The position numbers were made by a program, and so were the translations under genes. The notes beneath the pieces were generated by a model. It was given only the letters and a program-made list of their open reading frames with translations. It was not told where the DNA came from and did no database searches. Below are positions 8,194 through 16,821 of a stretch of DNA of 45,390 nucleotides, piece after piece. Every line of letters starts with the position of its first letter. The first letter of the stretch is position 1. This DNA comes from Deltaproteobacteria bacterium (GTDB taxonomy: Bacteria > UBA10199 > GCA-002796325 > 1-14-0-20-49-13): the NCBI GenBank assembly GCA_016180865.1, contig JACPAJ010000065.1:1-45390 (forward strand). The letters run 5' to 3'.

Positions 8194-9536
8194 ATCTTCC
8201 CTATCGGTTTGGGAGATATCTGCTTACTTCAAAAATCGCCGCCGGCGGCATGGCGGAAGTCTATCGCGCCAAATATTTTGGAGAAGGCGGATTCGTAAAA
8301 AAAGTCGCGGTTAAAAAAATCCTGCCGGCGCTTTCGTCGTCAAAAGATTTCGTCACAATGCTCTGCGATGAGGCAAAAGCGCTCGTAAAGCTCCAGCATA
8401 AAAATATCGTTCAAGTATATGAGCTTGGGAAGGACAAAGACTCGTATTATATTTCCATGGAATATGTTGACGGGGCCGATTTAAGGAAGCTGTTTAAAAG
8501 GGTCGTTTTGGAATCGCAGCTTATTCCATTAAAGTTTTCGTGTTTTGTTATCGGTGAAATCCTGCAAGCCATAGATTTTGCCCATAACCTCGGCATTATA
8601 CATCGCGATGTCAGCCCGCCAAACATTCTGATTTCATATAACGGAGAAGTGAAAGTTGCCGACTTTGGAATTGCAAAAGGAGGCCACAGGCAATTTGAAA
8701 CGGTGGTAACGGAGGTCAAAGGAAAATATTCCTATATGTCGCCGGAGCAGGCGGGAGGAAAGCCGGTGGATATCAGAACGGATATCTATGCGATAGGCGT
8801 AATTTTTTATGAGCTTGTTACGGGCAAGCGCCTCTTTGACGCGCCAAACGATTTTTTGGCAATAGAACAGGTGAAAAAATCCGAGCTGCCCGAAGGGTGG
8901 CAAATGTCTATGCCGGAGGAATTGAGTCAAATTATTTCGCACGCCCTCCGAAAGGAATCAACGGATAGATATTGCTCCGCTGCGGATTTTTTAGATGAAC
9001 TTAAACAATATATCGTAAAAAGCGGACTTGCCGCCGACTCGATGGAACTTTCACAATATATAAAAGATTTATTTAACAGTGAATATAAAAAAGACGCCAA
9101 TGAATTAAAACATAAGAAAAATACGCAAATTGATTATTTATGGGAGGGGGGCAAAAAAGAAGCGGAGAAAAAAAGCGGCAGAATAATCTCTTTTGCAAGT
9201 TTCACTATTATCTCAGCTTTGTTATTTTCTTCCGGTTCAAGCCTTAATAACAGCAAGAACATTGTTGAAGACAAGGATAAGCCGCTGGATTCTTTCGGAA
9301 CAATCAGCGTCCAGGCGCGTCCATGGGCGTATGTCTATATACCGGAAGCATTAGAAAAAAAAGAGACGCCGGTGAGAAATGTAAAATTAAAATCAGGAAA
9401 TTATATTTTAAAAGTTAATTACGAGCCGGATGATTTATGGCTTCAAAAAGAGATTACAATTTCCGATGCTAAACATGTAAAATGTTTTGCTGATTTTATA
9501 GAGCAGCATGCTTTGACATGCCAATCTTTTAGGTAG
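8190..9536 (+). CDS. Hanks-type Ser/Thr protein kinase with a TM segment and an extracytoplasmic PEGA-like domain
   Basis: 448-aa ORF with kinase motifs GGMAEVYRAK, VAVKK, HRDVSPPNILI, DFGIAK and YMSPEQ. The TM segment is IISFASFTIISALLFSS. The C-terminal PEGA-like segment is TISVQARPWAYVYIPE...LKSGNYILKVNY. It has an ATGA overlap with the upstream gene. Confidence 0.85.
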   Translation: MNLPYRFGRYLLTSKIAAGGMAEVYRAKYFGEGGFVKKVAVKKILPALSSSKDFVTMLCDEAKALVKLQHKNIVQVYELGKDKDSYYISMEYVDGADLRKLFKRVVLESQLIPLKFSCFVIGEILQAIDFAHNLGIIHRDVSPPNILISYNGEVKVADFGIAKGGHRQFETVVTEVKGKYSYMSPEQAGGKPVDIRTDIYAIGVIFYELVTGKRLFDAPNDFLAIEQVKKSELPEGWQMSMPEELSQIISHALRKESTDRYCSAADFLDELKQYIVKSGLAADSMELSQYIKDLFNSEYKKDANELKHKKNTQIDYLWEGGKKEAEKKSGRIISFASFTIISALLFSSGSSLNNSKNIVEDKDKPLDSFGTISVQARPWAYVYIPEALEKKETPVRNVKLKSGNYILKVNYEPDDLWLQKEITISDAKHVKCFADFIEQHALTCQSFR

Positions 9537-9542
9537 TTTCTC

Positions 9543-9566
9543 GTCAACATATTGACTGACCGTCAA
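9543..9566. promoter_or_regulatory. Interlocked palindromes GTCAA-N4-TTGAC-N5-GTCAA, candidate activator site
   Basis: GTCAAcataTTGACtgaccGTCAA lies about 75-95 bp upstream of the sigma-54 -24 element at 9638. Confidence 0.3.
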
Positions 9567-9636
9567 TTATTTACCACAATGAGAAGTGTTGCTTCATTAT
9601 TATTGTGTAATATCAACCGGTTATAATTAATAGTAT

Positions 9637-9652
9637 TGGCATATTTGTTGCT
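9637..9652 (+). promoter_or_regulatory. Sigma-54 (-24/-12) promoter
   Basis: TGGCAT-ATTTG-TTGCT with GG at 9638-9639 and GC at 9650-9651. It is followed by SD GGAGG (9666-9670) and ATG 9679. Confidence 0.7.
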
Positions 9653-9678
9653 ATATTCTTCATTCGGAGGAATGCCAC

Positions 9679-11349
9679 ATGAATATTTATAGGACATTTA
9701 TAATATTTGGCATGTTATCTTTGCTGACAAATTGCGGCGGCGGTTCGTCCGCGCCTACATCTCCTGTGCAGGTTCCGACCGAAATATCCTTTGCAAATGA
9801 GAATGAGTATGGCGGCGGCGTAGTGATTCCGCTTGCTAAGAGCATAACTGCAACATCCGATGCCGATTTTACAAGCGGAGAAGTTGTCTTTACCGATTCA
9901 TCTACAGGCGAAGAAGATACAACCGGGGTTTGCGGGACGGCGTCCGTTGACGGGGAGACCATCACCTTAACAGGGCCGGATTCTTGGCCCAACGCGACGT
10001 CACAATGTTCGGTAAGCTTTCTCTATGATGACTCGGCAATTCCGGTTCAAGTGGCGAGCGCATCAATTTCACCCATTGGAAAAAATATTGCCAAAGCCGA
10101 TTCCGACAGCACTTCTTTAACAGCTTATTATGATACAAGCGATACGGTGTTGGAAGGGAGCGGGCTTGCGATAACAAGCGCAACGCTGCAGGAGAATGCA
10201 ATAGTCCCGACCGTGTCGGCATATGGCGGATATGTTCATGCCTGCTGGCTGACTCTTGCGAAAAGCGGAACAAATCAGAGCACCGCAAATTATAATACCA
10301 ATAAAATGGTTTATTCCAGAAGCGCCGATAACGGCGCCACATGGACAGATCCGGTTACAATAGCCGACCTCGGATCTGTTACCGTTCCAGTCACTAACGC
10401 CACTTATGGTTTGGCGGAACGCTGCCAGATAAAAGCCGGAGAGGATTCCGCCGGAAATGGGTTGATTGCAATAGTTGAAAAATATAAGAACAGCGCCGCT
10501 ACGGCACAGAAGAATCTGGTGCTAAAGTTAAGCCGCGACAATGGCGATACGTGGAGCTCCGGAGCAACAGTTGTGGAAAATACCGCTATGAATGACAGAG
10601 TGGCTATTTTGATCAATTCGGACGCGGTTCATATTGCTTACAATGCCGCTGCCAGCAAACATATTGTGCCATGCACGGTTAGCGGCAGCACCGCAACATG
10701 CGGAAGCGATTATACAATAGCCGGCGCATCGTCAAATTATGATGACGAGGTGAATCTTGCGGCTTATGGAAGCAATATATATGCGATATATACCGATAAC
10801 AGCTACAGCGCGGGAAATATTTACAATGATGTCGTTATAAAAGCCCTTTCATATTCGGATGGCTACACCCTTACAAATACCTATCAGCTTACATCAGCAG
10901 AAGCCGGCACCGGCAATGCTCTATATCCGTTTATTGCAGCCGATAACAGCGGCAGGCTGGTTGCCACCTATTCTTATGACAATGTTTATAACGCCGTCGT
11001 TGCAATCGTTGATACATCGACTGGAGATATTACAAGGGGCCAGGTAAACGATGCGGATCTTGGCGAAACGCCGCATCTTGTAAAACCGTTTGTGAGCGCC
11101 GCCAATCACTACCATTTTTTCTACGGCCTAATTGTTAATACATACCAGGGTTATTACAGGATGTGCGACAGCGAACTTATTTGTGCTGATGCGGTTCCGA
11201 TAGATATACTGGCTCTCCCGAACATTGAAGGGCTTGAAGTGGACCGTGCCGGGCGCGTTTATTTGCCGGCAAGTCCATATGAAGGCGAGAACGATCTTTA
11301 TCAATCGGGCTCAGTCCTTTTGGGAAGATTTACTCTTGGTTCATTATAA
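9679..11349 (+). CDS. Lipoprotein with BNR/Asp-box (sialidase-like beta-propeller) repeats
   Basis: 556-aa ORF with lipobox LLTNCGGG. Asp-box motifs are SRSADNGATWTDP and LSRDNGDTWSSG. Confidence 0.75.
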   Translation: MNIYRTFIIFGMLSLLTNCGGGSSAPTSPVQVPTEISFANENEYGGGVVIPLAKSITATSDADFTSGEVVFTDSSTGEEDTTGVCGTASVDGETITLTGPDSWPNATSQCSVSFLYDDSAIPVQVASASISPIGKNIAKADSDSTSLTAYYDTSDTVLEGSGLAITSATLQENAIVPTVSAYGGYVHACWLTLAKSGTNQSTANYNTNKMVYSRSADNGATWTDPVTIADLGSVTVPVTNATYGLAERCQIKAGEDSAGNGLIAIVEKYKNSAATAQKNLVLKLSRDNGDTWSSGATVVENTAMNDRVAILINSDAVHIAYNAAASKHIVPCTVSGSTATCGSDYTIAGASSNYDDEVNLAAYGSNIYAIYTDNSYSAGNIYNDVVIKALSYSDGYTLTNTYQLTSAEAGTGNALYPFIAADNSGRLVATYSYDNVYNAVVAIVDTSTGDITRGQVNDADLGETPHLVKPFVSAANHYHFFYGLIVNTYQGYYRMCDSELICADAVPIDILALPNIEGLEVDRAGRVYLPASPYEGENDLYQSGSVLLGRFTLGSL

Positions 11350-11428
11350 CCAAGCGCCGCTTTTGGCTGCCACAGGCGCCATTTTATTCTTGTAGATTTT
11401 GGGCGGTCTAGTGTAATATCCGCTACCT

Positions 11429-13120
11429 ATGTGTCCGGAACAGCCCCAAATCATAGAGGCTCAAAGCAAATCCTATAAAGTAATTAAGACGCTTGGAGCG
11501 GGCGGGACATCGATTGTCTATCTCGCCAACGACGGCAAAAGAGACGTTGCGCTTAAAATCCTCGGCGAAGATGTCGATGCGACATTTAAAGAGAGGTACA
11601 TTCAGATTCTTAAGAATGAGTTCGAGGTTTTAAGCAGGCTGCGACATCCGAATATAGCGGAAGTTTACGATTTTGAATATGCGCCGAAGCTTGGCAAATA
11701 TTTCTTCACAACGGAATATATCAACGGCGCCGATATATATAATTACACGAGTGCCGCGGATTTTAATTTAAAGGAGGATCTTTTTGTCCAGCTGCTTTTG
11801 GCGCTCGATTATGTCCACAGATGCGGCATTGTCCACTGCGATATCAAATGCGGAAATGCCCTTGTTACTCAGCTAAAGAAAACGCCGGTAGTGAAACTTG
11901 TCGATTTCGGTTTTGCCACCAGAAAGCTTGCATCAACCGGGCTTGTTGTGGGAACTCCGCATTATCTGGCGCCCGAGCTTCTTGTTGGAGGGAAGGAAAT
12001 AAATCATAAAATAGATATCTATGCCGCGGGGATTGTTTATTACAGGCTGCTGCACAGAGCGTACCCGTGCGTGTCATCTGAAGTTAATGAGATCATTAAG
12101 TGGCACAGGGAACATTCCCCGGTCTGTTATTCCGAAAGCCTTCCGGATTACACGAGGCATCTTATATCGCGGATGATAGAAACCTATCCGCCCGACAGAA
12201 TAGAATCCTGCGCAAAAGCGATAGAATTCATTAATTTCCGCACTGAGGGGAAATATAAAAAAATCACCGAAAAGATTGTGGGCCTTCAATTCAGAGAAGG
12301 GCCGCTTGTCGGAAGAAGCGATCTTCTGGAAGAGGTGAACTCTTTGTTTGCATCGCTTAAATCCCAAAAATCTCCGAAGCAATACGGATATATTTTTACA
12401 GGGCCTCAGGGAATAGGCAAAAGCCGCCTGATGAGGGAAATAAAGTATAGGGCGGAACTTGAAGAGATTCCGTTTCGCGAAATCGCCTGCGTTGAAGGCA
12501 AGGATAATGTCGCGGAGTTTATGGATAAATTCAGGGAAATTGAGAAGCCAAGGGAGGCAAAATCAGGCGAAGCAAACGAAAAGAAACTTTTTCATATTCA
12601 GTGGATAAATTCAGTCATTGCTAAGTTTAAAACCGGAGGGCTGGTTGTTGTAGCCGACGATGTGCAGGCCGGAGGCTCGGCCTTTATTGATTTTTTGAAA
12701 TTATTTGAAGAAAGAATCAGAGTCAATAGAGCCGACGGCAGCCTGCCGCTTGTAATTCTTATCGCATCCAGGCCGAAATCGGAACTGGACGATGTTGCCG
12801 TCCGGTGGTTCGACCAGACGAAAATACCCAAAAAAGATCTTGGAACGCTGAAAGACGACGAGGTCAAGGATTATATGGAAAAAATCGGCGCGGCGCAGTT
12901 CAAAGACATAGTGCCGCAAGCCGTTTCATTCTCCGGAGGAGTTCCCGGGTTATTGGAAGCTTATTGCCAGCATATTTTAGCGTTTGGGAAATCTGCCAAG
13001 CCTCCTGATAATCTGGCGCAGAGCTATCTTGACAGGATAAAACTGCTGCCTCAGCCGGCGGTTAAATGCGTGGAGTTTTTATCTGTTGCAAGACGCTGGA
13101 ACAGATCCAAAAACTTGTGA
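11429..13120 (+). CDS. Ser/Thr protein kinase fused to a P-loop AAA/STAND-type ATPase domain
   Basis: 563-aa ORF with kinase motifs GAGGTSIVYLA, VALK, HCDIKCGNALV, DFGFA and YLAPE, then Walker A GPQGIGKSRL and Walker B VVVADDVQ. It probably continues into the next ORF (see findings). Confidence 0.8.
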   Translation: MCPEQPQIIEAQSKSYKVIKTLGAGGTSIVYLANDGKRDVALKILGEDVDATFKERYIQILKNEFEVLSRLRHPNIAEVYDFEYAPKLGKYFFTTEYINGADIYNYTSAADFNLKEDLFVQLLLALDYVHRCGIVHCDIKCGNALVTQLKKTPVVKLVDFGFATRKLASTGLVVGTPHYLAPELLVGGKEINHKIDIYAAGIVYYRLLHRAYPCVSSEVNEIIKWHREHSPVCYSESLPDYTRHLISRMIETYPPDRIESCAKAIEFINFRTEGKYKKITEKIVGLQFREGPLVGRSDLLEEVNSLFASLKSQKSPKQYGYIFTGPQGIGKSRLMREIKYRAELEEIPFREIACVEGKDNVAEFMDKFREIEKPREAKSGEANEKKLFHIQWINSVIAKFKTGGLVVVADDVQAGGSAFIDFLKLFEERIRVNRADGSLPLVILIASRPKSELDDVAVRWFDQTKIPKKDLGTLKDDEVKDYMEKIGAAQFKDIVPQAVSFSGGVPGLLEAYCQHILAFGKSAKPPDNLAQSYLDRIKLLPQPAVKCVEFLSVARRWNRSKNL

Positions 13121-14838
13121 CAATGGGCTTTGCGAATATCGCATATCCTTCGATGGTGGTAAATCTTTCCAATAAGGCGATCGGCCAGACGGTAAAATCG
13201 AATCTCGACAAAAAAACATTTGCCGATCTTTCTATAAAACTCGGGAATTGGCTTGAAAAAGCGGATAGCGCCGCCATTGCAGAGATTGCCGACCATTTCA
13301 GCGATGCTGAAAATCCGGATAAAGCGCTTGTTTTTTCGGAAACGGCTGCAAAACAATTCGAAGAGCAGTTTAATCTTTCGGAAGCGTCCAAATATTTTAA
13401 TCAGGCTTTAAAATTTGCGGTAAATGAGGAGAAAAGGAAGAATCTTATAAGAGCAATCTCTCGGGCCGATATCATGATGGGAAGATATAAAGAGGCTATT
13501 GCCAAGCTGGAAGGCTTGTTAAAAAATGGAGATGAAACCCTTGAAAATTACCGCATCCTCGGAATGGCCTATTCAAAAATGCGCGATTTTGCCCATGCCA
13601 AAAGCTGGTATGAAGAAGGCCTCAAAAAAATGACCGATGAAACCGCAATCACGGATATCGTCAGATTCAAAAACAGTCTTGGCAACGTGAGTTTTTATAC
13701 GGGAGACCTGGAAAATTCGGAAAAATATTTTACCGAGGCGATTGCCGATGCGACGGAATGCCTGCTTCTTAATAATAATCTGGGGTTGATCTTAAGCGCA
13801 AAGGGAAATTACGAGCAGGCGATAAGGTTCTATGACGGCAGAAAGCGCTTTCTCTCCGCCAAAAAGAATAAAGGCGCGCTGGCTCTCTGCCACGCCGATT
13901 GCGGTTATATTAATATGACTCATAACCGCGTTTGCGATGCGATACCGGAATTCGAACAAAGCTATAAACTGGCGCTGGAGATGGGGGATTTATATAATAT
14001 TCTGGTTGTTCTTGGAAATCTTGTGCGCTGCCATCAGCAGGTGGCTGATTTTACAAAGGCTCTGGATTATGCCCTTAAAGGGCTGGAAGTGGAAGCCAGC
14101 ATCGGGTCTATAGATGAAATCGCCCAGAATCATCTTACGATCGGCATTCTTTATGAAGCCGTCGGCGTGCTGGATCTTGCCAAAAAGCATATAGGAATGG
14201 CTAAAGACAGATTTGTTGCGCTGAATAACATGACGATGGTCGGATGGTGTCATCTCACGATGTCTTATATATGGAAAGATCTGGATAAAAAAGACGATGC
14301 TAATAAAGAAATAGAAAAAGCTTTGAAAATTGTGACAGAGCTGAAGATTGAAGATCTTTTAGCATGGGTGCGGTTAAGCAAAGCAGAACTTCACATAGAA
14401 TATGGCGGATTAAAAGAGGCAGGAGAGATTATCGATAAAATTGCCGATCTAAAATTGAAAGAGTTTGAACTGAGAAAGAGAATGCTGAAGTTAAAACTGG
14501 GGAGCGCATCTGAGGCCGCTGCAAAAGAGGAGTTCAGAAAACTTATCGATGATTGCAGCGAATATCCGGAGCTTAAGTGGGAAGCATGCGCAGCTGCGGG
14601 ATACTATCTTGAACAAATTGGGCAGCCGGAAGAGGCGCTGTTTTTATTCAAGCAGTCGTTTGAAATAATAGAATCGATTGCTATCCGCCTGACGGAAGCT
14701 TATAGAGACAGCTATAAGAGCCAGCGTTTCAGATTGAAGATTGTCCAAAAATTTCAGCCTGATTTCAATGCGAAGCCTGCAGCTCAAATTTCTCCGGATG
14801 CCAGCATTATCGACGGAAAAACGTCCGAGATAAAGTGA
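13066..14838 (+). CDS. TPR-repeat protein, probably the C-terminal part of the upstream kinase-ATPase
   Basis: 590-aa ORF containing many TPR-like units. If it is independent, the start would be GTG 13117 (a GTGA overlap with the upstream stop) or ATG 13123. Confidence 0.7.
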   Translation: MRGVFICCKTLEQIQKLVTMGFANIAYPSMVVNLSNKAIGQTVKSNLDKKTFADLSIKLGNWLEKADSAAIAEIADHFSDAENPDKALVFSETAAKQFEEQFNLSEASKYFNQALKFAVNEEKRKNLIRAISRADIMMGRYKEAIAKLEGLLKNGDETLENYRILGMAYSKMRDFAHAKSWYEEGLKKMTDETAITDIVRFKNSLGNVSFYTGDLENSEKYFTEAIADATECLLLNNNLGLILSAKGNYEQAIRFYDGRKRFLSAKKNKGALALCHADCGYINMTHNRVCDAIPEFEQSYKLALEMGDLYNILVVLGNLVRCHQQVADFTKALDYALKGLEVEASIGSIDEIAQNHLTIGILYEAVGVLDLAKKHIGMAKDRFVALNNMTMVGWCHLTMSYIWKDLDKKDDANKEIEKALKIVTELKIEDLLAWVRLSKAELHIEYGGLKEAGEIIDKIADLKLKEFELRKRMLKLKLGSASEAAAKEEFRKLIDDCSEYPELKWEACAAAGYYLEQIGQPEEALFLFKQSFEIIESIAIRLTEAYRDSYKSQRFRLKIVQKFQPDFNAKPAAQISPDASIIDGKTSEIK

Positions 14839-15144
14839 TTATGAAACTTTCCAAGGCTCTCTTTTTAGGCCGCGAGCCTTCAGAATCAAACTTGCAATTT
14901 GTTGAAGATGCACAAGTATCTTCACTTTTTCTTCGATGGATAGCCCTGCCAAATCCATGCGTCTTTGCCTTTTAGCCGAGAAGAGACGTTCAATATGTCT
15001 TTTATTTATTGCGTTCAAAATATTGTTTCCATTTCTTTTTAAGAGAATGACGCTCCAAGATCGATTCCAGCTTGCCTTGATCGAATAAGGCCTCATCCAG
15101 AAGTTTCCAAATGCGCTCGCGATCCTTTGGCCTATTTGTGTCAA
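14839..15144 (-). CDS. Doubtful ORF; only the last ~39 codons (from ATG at 14958) look protein-like
   Basis: The TTG-started track ORF overlaps a more convincing alternative frame at 15002-15142 (see the finding at 14839-15473). A possible small ORF is MDLAGLSIEEKVKILVHLQQIASLILKARGLKREPWKVS. Confidence 0.2.
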   Translation of the reverse strand: MTQIGQRIASAFGNFWMRPYSIKASWNRSWSVILLKRNGNNILNAINKRHIERLFSAKRQRRMDLAGLSIEEKVKILVHLQQIASLILKARGLKREPWKVS

Positions 15145-15446
15145 GCGTATTTTACAGCCTCTTCTATCAGGGAGTTATACACAGGCAGGAACTGAACCGG
15201 GATGCCCTCGATCATCACATGTTCTTTTTCGGCACGATATCCTTTGGATTCAAGGTGTTTGTAAAGTGGGGCAATGTCGAGCAATGCGGATGTTTTTTTT
15301 GCAGAAGGAAGGAATACAAAAATGTCCACGTCAAACGTAAGTGCGGGTTCAGTATAAAATAGAAGGGCCGTGGCGCCGCCCATGGCGTAGCCTTGAATGA
15401 TGCCATCTCTTTCCAGCGCATTGATGACCTGCAGAGTTTTCTTCAT
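15141..15446 (-). CDS. Minimal nucleotidyltransferase-fold protein, apparently frame-disrupted at its 3' end
   Basis: The NTase signature GG-x13-DxD is present (MGGATALLFYTEPALTFDVDIFV). A C-terminal RPKDRERIWKLLDE segment continues in the +1 frame down to stop 15002-15004. The protein appears to be of the same type as the ORF at 43436-43960. Confidence 0.6.
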   Translation of the reverse strand: MKKTLQVINALERDGIIQGYAMGGATALLFYTEPALTFDVDIFVFLPSAKKTSALLDIAPLYKHLESKGYRAEKEHVMIEGIPVQFLPVYNSLIEEAVKYA

Positions 15447-15516
15447 TTCAACTACACATTAATCACAATTGTGCTTAAAAATCTATAAAAATTTGGTTAG
15501 GGCAGGTTTATCGGTA

Positions 15517-16821
15517 CTAATCCGCTCTCGGCCCCCAGTCGGGAAGGGTGCCGTTTCCTTTGGAAATTTTGACCTGATTTGAGCCGTCGGCGCGCATCAT
15601 ATATACTGCGGGGCCGCCGGACCGTGTGGAGCTGAATACTATAAATCTGCCGTCAGGCGACCATCTCGGGTGTTCGTTTGATCCGGAATCGATAGTCAGG
15701 CGCTGGATATTGGTACCATCGATATTCATAATGAAAATATCGAATGCGCTCGAATCCTGGCCGCAAAAAACGATTTTAGTTCCATCAGGCGAAATATCGG
15801 GCGAATCGTTATGAACTCCCACAAAGGTGAGCCTTCTGGCTTCGCCGCCGGCGACCGGCTCCGTATATACATGTAGGCGGCCTGCGCGCGTTGATGAATA
15901 GACCATCGTGCTTCCGTCCTTTGAAAAACGCGGCGCGATATTGATTCCGCCGTAATTTGTAATCTGCCTCACCTTTCCGGAAGAGTGATTTGTAGCGAGG
16001 ATTTCGGTAGAATCTCCCAGCGAAGAACTGAAGTAGAGAGTTTTATTATCAACGTACCATGCGGGCGTAATATTTGTGTTCTTATTTTTTGTAATTTGTT
16101 TTGAGGAGCCGGTTTTTACATCGCTGGCAAAAATTTCGGGATTTCCGCTTTTAAAAGAAGCGTATGCCAACTGGCTGCCGTCGGGCGACCATGCCGGACC
16201 TAAATTAATCGACGAGTCGCCGGTGATTTTTCGATTATTTTCTCCGTCAACGTCCATAACGTAAATTGATTTCCCTTTTCTTTCCGCGGAAGAATAGGCG
16301 ATTTTTGTGTTAAAAATTCCCCGCGTACCGGTCAAAGCTTCCATTATTTCATCGGAAAATCTGTGAGCGACGGACCTTATATCCTTTTCGTCGGCGGTAT
16401 ATTGCTTGCCCACCAGCATTTGCGCTGAGTAGGGGTCGAAAAGTTTCAGCTGGATTACATATTTGCCGCCTTCTTTTTTTATCAAGCCTTTTACCAGCGC
16501 GCCGGCTTCAATAGCGGTCCACTGCGAAAAATTTATCGTCTCTGCGGTGATATCGGTTCCCTGATCCAGAAAAGCCGATTCCGTTATGATGTCAAAATAA
16601 CCCGATAGGAGGAGGTCATTTTCTATGACCGAATGAATTTTTTCGGATTCGCTGTATAATCCCCTATAGCCGTCATAAATCACAGAGTGCGTAATTGCTA
16701 TCGGAAAGCGCTTGTCCGACGGCTGGTCCACCGGAATATAAATGCGCGCAGACGCAGATGAAGCAAAAAGGAGCAAGCAAGAGATAAGAAATAGAAATTT
16801 TTTCATATATTGTTTTGTCAT
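15517..16821 (-). CDS. tolB: Tol-Pal system beta-propeller protein TolB
   Basis: 434-aa ORF with a signal peptide and repeated WD40-like/TolB blades (P.WSPDG..., SPDGTKIVF, PRWSPDGRFIVFSS). It lies directly downstream of tolQRA. Confidence 0.9.
   Translation of the reverse strand: MTKQYMKKFLFLISCLLLFASSASARIYIPVDQPSDKRFPIAITHSVIYDGYRGLYSESEKIHSVIENDLLLSGYFDIITESAFLDQGTDITAETINFSQWTAIEAGALVKGLIKKEGGKYVIQLKLFDPYSAQMLVGKQYTADEKDIRSVAHRFSDEIMEALTGTRGIFNTKIAYSSAERKGKSIYVMDVDGENNRKITGDSSINLGPAWSPDGSQLAYASFKSGNPEIFASDVKTGSSKQITKNKNTNITPAWYVDNKTLYFSSSLGDSTEILATNHSSGKVRQITNYGGINIAPRFSKDGSTMVYSSTRAGRLHVYTEPVAGGEARRLTFVGVHNDSPDISPDGTKIVFCGQDSSAFDIFIMNIDGTNIQRLTIDSGSNEHPRWSPDGRFIVFSSTRSGGPAVYMMRADGSNQVKISKGNGTLPDWGPRAD

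Noticed and set aside
13060-13120. Programmed -1 ribosomal frameshift at GAG TTT TTA (13073-13081) joining the kinase-AAA and TPR ORFs
   Set aside because: The protein-like sequence stays in the first frame through ...EFLSVA, downstream of the T-run. The switch is inferred at 13086-13100, where there is no slippery site or obvious stimulatory structure.
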